A stretch of 63,625 bases of DNA, counting the filler, from Nitrospiraceae bacterium (GTDB lineage Bacteria; Nitrospirota; Nitrospiria; Nitrospirales; Nitrospiraceae), in the NCBI GenBank assembly GCA_037442105.1. It is 4 parts of 4 records of this genome, joined end to end, with 100 filler letters (N's around TTAATTAATTAA, not from the genome) between each part and the next. Parts side by side here need not be neighbours in the genome. Positions count along the whole stretch, not along the records: positions 51,683 to 63,625 come from JBBIQV010000055.1; 3 more parts are not named here. One strand, written 5' to 3'. Position numbers and translations under genes: made by a program. The notes beneath the pieces are model-generated. The model was not told the DNA's origin and made no database searches. It saw only the letters and a program-made list of their open reading frames with translations. Shown one piece after another: positions 57,816 to 63,625 of the stretch (position 1 is the first letter of the stretch; every line of letters starts with the position of its first letter).

Positions 57816-57865
57816 GGGACTGGCTCTGAGGGGACTGACACCCTTCAGCGAGGTGTCTGTCCCCC
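57816..57865. repeat. REP-like hairpin
   Basis: GGGGACTGACACC-N10-GGTGTCTGTCCCC preceded by GGGACTGGCTC. Confidence 0.65.
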
Positions 57866-57935
57866 TGACTGCTGTCCCTGTCCGTGACAGGGTACGGTGC
57901 ATTCATCAATGCATTCATCAATCAGGGAGGGAGGT

Positions 57936-58153
57936 TTGCCCGCATTGTTCATGACGGTTCGTGGCGAAAGTGCCGAGTCGCCAGGCGAGACGGGCGTGCG
58001 GAGCCCTGAGAGGCCGAGGCGTACTTGAAGTAGTACGTTGAGGCCACGAGGGGCGAGCCCGCCCAGCCGACAGACTTCTTCGTACGTCTGTCGGCGTGTC
58101 GCAGCGGCGAATCGACGCTTGCAGCAGAAGCGCTCATGAATAATGCGGGCTAG
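57936..58153. mobile_element. MITE-like element, copy 3
   Basis: GCCCGCATTGTTCATGA ... TCATGAATAATGCGGGC; interior homologous to copy 1. Confidence 0.8.
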
Positions 58154-58160
58154 AACAAAG

Positions 58161-58374
58161 CCGTCAGTGCCGGGGAAGATGGTGCGAATCCATCACGGTG
58201 CCGCCACTGTAAGCGGGGAGCGTTCTTCCAGGAAAGCCACTGTTTCGAAAGCGAACAGCGAATAGCGAACAGCGGGCAGCCAGCGCTGCTAGCTGTTAGC
58301 TACCAACTACTCGCTTGAGAAATGGGAAGGCGGAAGAAGGCAACGATCCGCGAGTCAGGAGACCCGACTGACGG
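58161..58374 (+). ncRNA. Cobalamin riboswitch 2
   Basis: GGGGAA..GGTGCGAATCC..GCCGCCACTGT..GCCACTG..GGGAAGG..GAGTCAGGAGACC; P1 CCGTCAGT/ACTGACGG. Confidence 0.92.
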
Positions 58375-58413
58375 AGATTTCTCCACGCCCTTCGAGTCAA
58401 AGGGAGGTTGAAC

Positions 58414-60390
58414 ATGCAGTGGTCGGTCCGGTATACGTCCGTATTTATCTTCGCATTGCTTTCGGTCATCTCGCCTGCTTGCTGGATTGCCCAAGCCTTC
58501 GGCGAAGAATCAGGTGAAGCTGAGTCGGTAGTGGAAACGAGAGAAGTTGTGGTGTCGGCGACGAAGACGCCAGTGCCATCGAGTCAGGTGACCAGCGCGG
58601 TGGAAGTGATTACGGAAGAAGACCTCCAAAAGCAAAAATTCAAGACGGTGGTGGACGCCTTGCGGCTCAGCCAGGGGCTGGCGGTGTTTTCCAGCGGTGG
58701 TCCAGGGACGAATGCCACCGTTCGGATTCGAGGCGGAAGCTCAGCTCAGACACTGGTGCTTATTGATGGGGCGATCGTCAACAGCGCAACCATCGGCGAA
58801 TATAACTTTGCGAACCTCACCACCGACAATATCGAGCGGATCGAAATCCTCCGCGGGGCACAAAGCATGCTCTGGGGATCGGATGCGATGGGAGGGGTGA
58901 TCAATATCGTCACCAAGAAGGGGACGGGAACTCCGCAAGCGAACGCCTTCTTCGAATATGGGTCCTTCTCCTCCCTCCGCGAAGGGGGACAAGTATCGGG
59001 TCAAAAAGGGCCCGTTGATTTTTCCTTTGCCCTCTCGCGATGGGACTTCACCGGCTTCTCGGCCGTTAATTACCGGCGGGGAGCAAGCGAACGAGACGCA
59101 TTCAGAAATTGGCAAGCTTCCTCGAAGGTGGGGATCACGCTCCCCCATGAAGGACGGCTCGAGTTCTCGTTTCGCTGGCTCAACAGCGATATCCAGCTCG
59201 ACAACATTTCCACTCCGGCTCAGGATGTCTTCGGCTCGAAAACCAGGGACCAAGAGTTGATTTATACCGGCGTCTACGATCAACGTGTCACGAACTGGTG
59301 GTCGCAAAAGATCACCATGGCGCGCGAGCAGGACGAAGCGCTGTTTCTTCCAGGAACGCTCCAGCGGAATCTGACAACGGGAGTCCTGAGCAAGCCGTTC
59401 GGAAGTCCCAACGAAACCAGAACGGTGTCGAACCGGATCGAGGTTCAGGAGAATTTTCAGGTGTGGAAGCCGCTGCTGCTCACCGCCGGCTACCAACTCC
59501 GAGATCAGCAAGGTGAAAACGATACCGGGCTCTCCAACAAGATCGTCCGCTCGAACGCCGGGTTCGCCCAGGCCCAATTGAATCTCTGGGACCGCGTCTT
59601 CGGGACTGCCGGCGTGCGACAGGACAGTTACAACGTATTCGGCAACGCGACCACCTATCGGGCCACCGCCGGCTACTTTCATCCTGAAACGAATACGAAG
59701 CTCCGGAGCAGCTACTCGACCGGCTTTCGGGCTCCGACGATCAACCAACTCTTCTTCCCCCAATTCGGCAACCCAAACTTGGGGCCGGAAAAAAGCCAGT
59801 CGTTCGACGCGGGTGTGGACCAGAAGCTCGTCGGAGAGCGTGTCCGTCTCAGTGCCGGATACTTCTGGAATCGCTACCGAGACCTCATCGTCACCAGCCT
59901 GAACGATCCAGCCTGCGCCCCCTTCAGCACGTTTTTAGCCTGTCCTCGCAACGTCGGCGCTGCGGTGACCAAAGGTTGGGAGACGAGCGCGGCCGTCGTC
60001 TTGGTGCAGGACCGGCCATTCGTCAAGAGCCTTGAACTCCAGGGACAATACACCAACACAATGACGCGTAATGTGAGCGATCAGCTGCGCCTGCCTCGCT
60101 GGCCGGTCGATCAATGGAGCGCCATGCTGACCTATCAGCCGATCACGCCATTAGTGGTCAACCTCGTCGGGCGGTACGTCGGATCACGGTTCAATGATCT
60201 TCAGAATCGACAGAGCCAAAGGGCCTTCGATGTCTGGACCCTGACGGCCAGCTACGACGTGACGAAGCAGGTTCAGGTCTATACGCGAGCGGAGAATCTG
60301 TTCAACGAGAAGTACGAAGAGATTTTGAATGCGGGGACCCCGGTGCGATCCATCTATGTCGGTCTCAGAGTCAGTTACGATGCGAAGTGA
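58414..60390 (+). CDS. btuB: TonB-dependent cobalamin receptor
   Basis: EVVVSAT TonB box, IERIEILRG..GGVINIVT plug; preceded by a B12 riboswitch. Confidence 0.88.
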   Translation: MQWSVRYTSVFIFALLSVISPACWIAQAFGEESGEAESVVETREVVVSATKTPVPSSQVTSAVEVITEEDLQKQKFKTVVDALRLSQGLAVFSSGGPGTNATVRIRGGSSAQTLVLIDGAIVNSATIGEYNFANLTTDNIERIEILRGAQSMLWGSDAMGGVINIVTKKGTGTPQANAFFEYGSFSSLREGGQVSGQKGPVDFSFALSRWDFTGFSAVNYRRGASERDAFRNWQASSKVGITLPHEGRLEFSFRWLNSDIQLDNISTPAQDVFGSKTRDQELIYTGVYDQRVTNWWSQKITMAREQDEALFLPGTLQRNLTTGVLSKPFGSPNETRTVSNRIEVQENFQVWKPLLLTAGYQLRDQQGENDTGLSNKIVRSNAGFAQAQLNLWDRVFGTAGVRQDSYNVFGNATTYRATAGYFHPETNTKLRSSYSTGFRAPTINQLFFPQFGNPNLGPEKSQSFDAGVDQKLVGERVRLSAGYFWNRYRDLIVTSLNDPACAPFSTFLACPRNVGAAVTKGWETSAAVVLVQDRPFVKSLELQGQYTNTMTRNVSDQLRLPRWPVDQWSAMLTYQPITPLVVNLVGRYVGSRFNDLQNRQSQRAFDVWTLTASYDVTKQVQVYTRAENLFNEKYEEILNAGTPVRSIYVGLRVSYDAK

Positions 60391-60402
60391 GAGGACCTGC
60401 TG

Positions 60403-61854
60403 ATGGTGTTCCCACGGTTGATTATCGCCGGTACTTCCAGCGGTGTCGGCAAAACGACCGTGACGCTGGCCGTCCTGGCGGCTCTGACTGCGCGGGGCCG
60501 CCGGGTGCAGGCGTTCAAGGCGGGGCCGGATTTCATCGATCCGGGGCATCACCAGGCTGCGACCGGTCGACCTTCGCGAAACCTCGACGGTTGGATGCTG
60601 GGTGAGGCGCTCAATCGCGAGATCTTTGCGCGGGTGGCAGCGGATGCGGATATCTCGATTATCGAAGGGATGATGGGGCTGTTCGACGGCAGCTCGCCGG
60701 TGGATGAGAAAGGAAGTACGGCGGAATTGGCGAAGCAATTAAAGGCGCCGGTCCTGTTGGTGATCGACGGGAGTGCCATGGCTCGATCTGCTGCGGCGAT
60801 GGCGTCAGGCTATGCCCGGTTCGATCCTTCGCTACGAGTCGCCGGGGTGATCTTCAATCGGGTTGGCGGTGAAGGTCACTACCGATTGCTCAAGGAAGCG
60901 GTCGAGGCGGAAACCAACCTTGCCGTGGTCGGGTATCTGCCTCATGATTCGGCGGTGACGGTTCCGGACCGACACCTCGGATTGGTGACTGCGATCGAAC
61001 AGGGATCTTCCGATCTGTATCGACGGTTGGGAGAGGCGGCGGCGAGGTCGATCGAGCTGGATCGGGTCGAGGCACTCGCTCAAGACGTGAGGGGTGAGGC
61101 GTTAGGGGTGAGGGGTGAAAGACAAGCTGTTAGGCAGGGTCAGAATCGCCTCACGCCTCACCCCTCACGCCTCACGGTCAAAGTGGGGGTCGCCTACGAT
61201 CCCGCGTTTTGCTTCTACTATCCCGAGAACCTGGAGTTGCTCGAAGCGGCGGGCGCAGAGATAGTTAAGTTTTCGCCGCTGCAAGACCGGGCCTTGCCGG
61301 ATGTGGATATGCTCTATCTCGGCGGCGGCTATCCTGAACTGCACGCGGAAACTCTTGCAGCAAACTCGGCTATGCGGAATGCGGTCAGGCGGTTTGCGGA
61401 GGGTGGCGGGCCGATTTATGCCGAGTGTGGCGGGATGATGTATCTCACGCAGGCTATCCGCGACTTCGGCGGTAAGGCGTATGAGATGGTCGGGCTGTTT
61501 CCGGCTGAGGCAGTGATGCGTAAACCTGGTCTCACGTTGGGCTATCGGGCCGTGGAACTCTCACGACCTTGCATTCTGGGTAAACCTGGCGTCATAGCGC
61601 GGGGACATGAGTTCCACTATTCCGTGCTTGAGCCGAGAGGGTCACTGCACTATGCCTGCTCACTCACGGATGCTCAGGGCGAGTCGAAGGGCCAAGACGG
61701 GCTGGTAATGGGGAACACGCTGGCACTTTACACCCATTTGCATTTTGCCAGCCAGCCTCAGCTTGCGAGAACACTGGTGGCGTCCGCGCGCCGAGGGGGT
61801 CAGGAACCATTTGCTCGCAGCGCTCTGGGGGTCGTTCCGACAAATGGTTCCTGA
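60403..61854 (+). CDS. cobB: Cobyrinate a,c-diamide synthase
   Basis: SGVGKTT, GPDFIDP, EG.MGLFDG, GGGYPE, AECGG, GHEFHYS. Confidence 0.93.
   Translation: MVFPRLIIAGTSSGVGKTTVTLAVLAALTARGRRVQAFKAGPDFIDPGHHQAATGRPSRNLDGWMLGEALNREIFARVAADADISIIEGMMGLFDGSSPVDEKGSTAELAKQLKAPVLLVIDGSAMARSAAAMASGYARFDPSLRVAGVIFNRVGGEGHYRLLKEAVEAETNLAVVGYLPHDSAVTVPDRHLGLVTAIEQGSSDLYRRLGEAAARSIELDRVEALAQDVRGEALGVRGERQAVRQGQNRLTPHPSRLTVKVGVAYDPAFCFYYPENLELLEAAGAEIVKFSPLQDRALPDVDMLYLGGGYPELHAETLAANSAMRNAVRRFAEGGGPIYAECGGMMYLTQAIRDFGGKAYEMVGLFPAEAVMRKPGLTLGYRAVELSRPCILGKPGVIARGHEFHYSVLEPRGSLHYACSLTDAQGESKGQDGLVMGNTLALYTHLHFASQPQLARTLVASARRGGQEPFARSALGVVPTNGS
61086..61176. repeat. Palindromic heptamer repeat (GTGAGGG / CCTCACG) in-frame inside cobB
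   Basis: cgtgagg-ggtgagg-cgttagg-ggtgagg-ggtga ... cctcacg-cctcacc-cctcacg-cctcacg. Confidence 0.88.
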
Positions 61855-61858
61855 CCCC
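61796..61858. repeat. 18-bp perfect inverted repeat supplying the cobB stop codon
   Basis: GGGGTCAGGAACCATTTG-N27-CAAATGGTTCCTGACCCC. Confidence 0.85.
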
Positions 61859-61879
61859 TTCTCCCCAAGGCGGTGCAAG

Positions 61880-62479
61880 ATGACGGATCAGGCTGAGCAC
61901 AAAGTCAGGATGGAGCGGCTCAAAGCATCGGTGGATCGACGCATTGAGGCGGCGCAAGAAGAGAAAGGTGTGCTGATCGTCTACACGGGCGCCGGCAAAG
62001 GGAAGACGACAGCCGCGTTGGGGATGGCGTTGCGGTGCATCGGCCACGGCATGAAGCTGGCGGTCGTGCAGTTTATTAAGGGCGCCATCGACACGGCCGA
62101 GGAGCGGGCGTTGAAGTCCTTCGGGGATCGCGTCACCTTTCTCCGCATGGGTGAAGGCTATACGTGGGAAACGCAGGATCGCGAACGAGACACCAAGTTC
62201 GCGCAGCGGGCATGGGAGACAGCCTGCGGCTTTCTTCGCGACCCGTCCTATGCCATGGTGATTCTCGACGAGTTCAATATCGCTTTGCAGCACGAGTATG
62301 TGAAGGTGGCCGATGTGCTCCCGGTGTTGCGCCGGCGCCCGGCCATGCAACACGTGGTCATCACCGGGCGGGGGGCACCAGCCGAACTAATCGAAGAAGC
62401 GGATCTCGTCACCGAGATGAAGCAGGTGAAGCACCCATTTCGCAAAGGCATCAAGGCGCAAAAGGGAGTAGAGTTTTGA
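61880..62479 (+). CDS. cobO: Cob(I)yrinic acid a,c-diamide adenosyltransferase (CobO/BtuR)
   Basis: YTGAGKGKTTAALG, VQFIKG, ILDE, VITGR, KHPF. Confidence 0.95.
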   Translation: MTDQAEHKVRMERLKASVDRRIEAAQEEKGVLIVYTGAGKGKTTAALGMALRCIGHGMKLAVVQFIKGAIDTAEERALKSFGDRVTFLRMGEGYTWETQDRERDTKFAQRAWETACGFLRDPSYAMVILDEFNIALQHEYVKVADVLPVLRRRPAMQHVVITGRGAPAELIEEADLVTEMKQVKHPFRKGIKAQKGVEF

Positions 62480-62700
62480 GAGGTCCGGTCACCAAGACGT
62501 GTGAACAGTGCGGGCAGGCGTTCGAATGCGGCGGGTACCAATGTTGGTGCGGACAGGTCGGAATCACGGAGCGACAGATGGACTGGATTGCGGCTCGTTT
62601 CCAGGACTGCCTGTGCCCAGCCTGCTTGAAAAGAGTCAGCGCCGGTGAACTGGGGCCTCCGCCCGTCAACTCGGTCAGCGCACCGGATGCAGCATCCTGA
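62476..62700 (+). CDS. Cysteine-rich CWC family small protein
   Basis: CEQCGQAFECG..CWC..CLCPACL. Confidence 0.8.
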   Translation: MRGPVTKTCEQCGQAFECGGYQCWCGQVGITERQMDWIAARFQDCLCPACLKRVSAGELGPPPVNSVSAPDAAS

Positions 62701-62707
62701 CGTGCTC

Positions 62708-63412
62708 ATGTCGACGAACGGAAAGTTTTCGGATCATGAGCGGGCGGCCGTCTATCGGGCGATCTTCGAGCGGCGGGATGTCCGCCGGGACTTTCTCCCC
62801 ACGCCTATTCCCGACGGTGTGCTCGCGAGGCTCCTGACCGCCGCGCATCATGCCGGGTCGGTTGGCTTCATGCAGCCGTGGGATTTTGTCGTCATCCGAC
62901 AGGCTGCAACGAAGCGAGCGGTCAAGGCGCTGTTTCATGAGGCGAATGCGGAGGCGGCGACTCGGTACAAGGGAGGCAAGGCCGACCTCTATCGGCGCCT
63001 CAAACTGGAGGGGATCGAAGAATCGCCGGTGAATCTCTGTGTCACGTGCAGCAGGCAGCGCGGTGGCCGGCATGTGCTGGGGCGCTCCACGGTTCTCGAT
63101 ACGGACCTGTATAGCACCTGCTGCGCGATCCAGAATCTCTGGCTGGCCGCTCGCGCAGAGGGGATCGGAGTGGGATGGGTCAGTATTCTGGACCATGCGG
63201 CGCTGAAGCGGGTGCTCGGCATCCCACGGTCGATCAAGGTGCTGGCCTATCTCTGTCTCGGGTACGTCTCCGACTTCGCGACACAGCCTGATCTCGAAGT
63301 CGCCGGGTGGCGAGCGAGGCTTCCGATGGCGCAACTCATCCACTATGAGTCGTGGGGAAGGAGAAAGCAGGCTGAGGCTAAGGCCGAGGATCAGTTTTTT
63401 CCTCAACCTTGA
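62708..63412 (+). CDS. bluB: 5,6-dimethylbenzimidazole synthase
   Basis: [38 protein letters not shown]. Confidence 0.93.
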   Translation: MSTNGKFSDHERAAVYRAIFERRDVRRDFLPTPIPDGVLARLLTAAHHAGSVGFMQPWDFVVIRQAATKRAVKALFHEANAEAATRYKGGKADLYRRLKLEGIEESPVNLCVTCSRQRGGRHVLGRSTVLDTDLYSTCCAIQNLWLAARAEGIGVGWVSILDHAALKRVLGIPRSIKVLAYLCLGYVSDFATQPDLEVAGWRARLPMAQLIHYESWGRRKQAEAKAEDQFFPQP

Positions 63413-63428
63413 CCTCAACCTCAACCTT
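63369..63428. repeat. Palindromic hexamer repeat overlapping the bluB stop
   Basis: aggctg-aggcta-aggccg-agg ... cctca-accttg-acctca-acctca-acctt; same family as 57700-57787. Confidence 0.8.
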
Positions 63429-63447
63429 GTTTCTCAGTGGGGGGATC

Positions 63448-63625
63448 ATGCGCATCACCAAGGTCTACACCAGGACCGGGGACGCCGGAAAAACCAGGCT
63501 GGCCGGAGGGCAGCAGGTTTGGAAAGATAGTGTGCGAGTGGAAGCCTACGGCACCGTGGATGAGTTGAATGCCTCGGTCGGCGTCGTGCGGGTGATGAAC
63601 GCCGAGACAGGTGGGACTCATGCCC
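63448..63625 (+). CDS. PduO-type corrinoid adenosyltransferase, N-terminal part
   Basis: [29 protein letters not shown]. Confidence 0.9.
   Translation, partial: MRITKVYTRTGDAGKTRLAGGQQVWKDSVRVEAYGTVDELNASVGVVRVMNAETGGTHA

Overview
63.6 kb from a draft bacterial genome that looks Nitrospira-like (inferred from gene content and order). It consists of four contigs joined by artificial 100-nt N44-TTAATTAATTAA-N44 linkers (17712-17811, 35225-35324, 51583-51682), so adjacency across linkers is meaningless. Contig 1 (1-17711) is core genome: moaB, ferredoxins, mlaDFE, alr, frr-pyrH-tsf-rpsB, argJ-argC, rpsI-rplM and two DUF151 genes. Contig 2 (17812-35224) is an accessory, partly decayed island. 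It holds a Crp/Fnr regulator with a candidate local regulon (TGTAA-N6-TBACA-like boxes, five placed exactly 21 nt from a TAnnnT -10 element) covering CBS-like, thioredoxin-like, PagL-like, VTT, DsrE, Zn-finger and FHA-protease genes. It is interrupted by a type I R-M operon carrying a translationally coupled RAYT with internal GTAG-REPs and a Schlafen/AlbA-ATPase gene. Contig 3 (35325-51582) has a Gld-type ABC system, rlpA, HEAT proteins, glgP, a UvrD helicase and tRNAs. Contig 4 (51683-end) has rpmB, a SemiSWEET and a cobalamin uptake/salvage operon with two B12 riboswitches. Several families of small palindromic elements (a MITE-like shell, 6/7-mer tandem-repeat hairpins, REP-like hairpins) sit in riboswitch loops, gene ends and reading frames.
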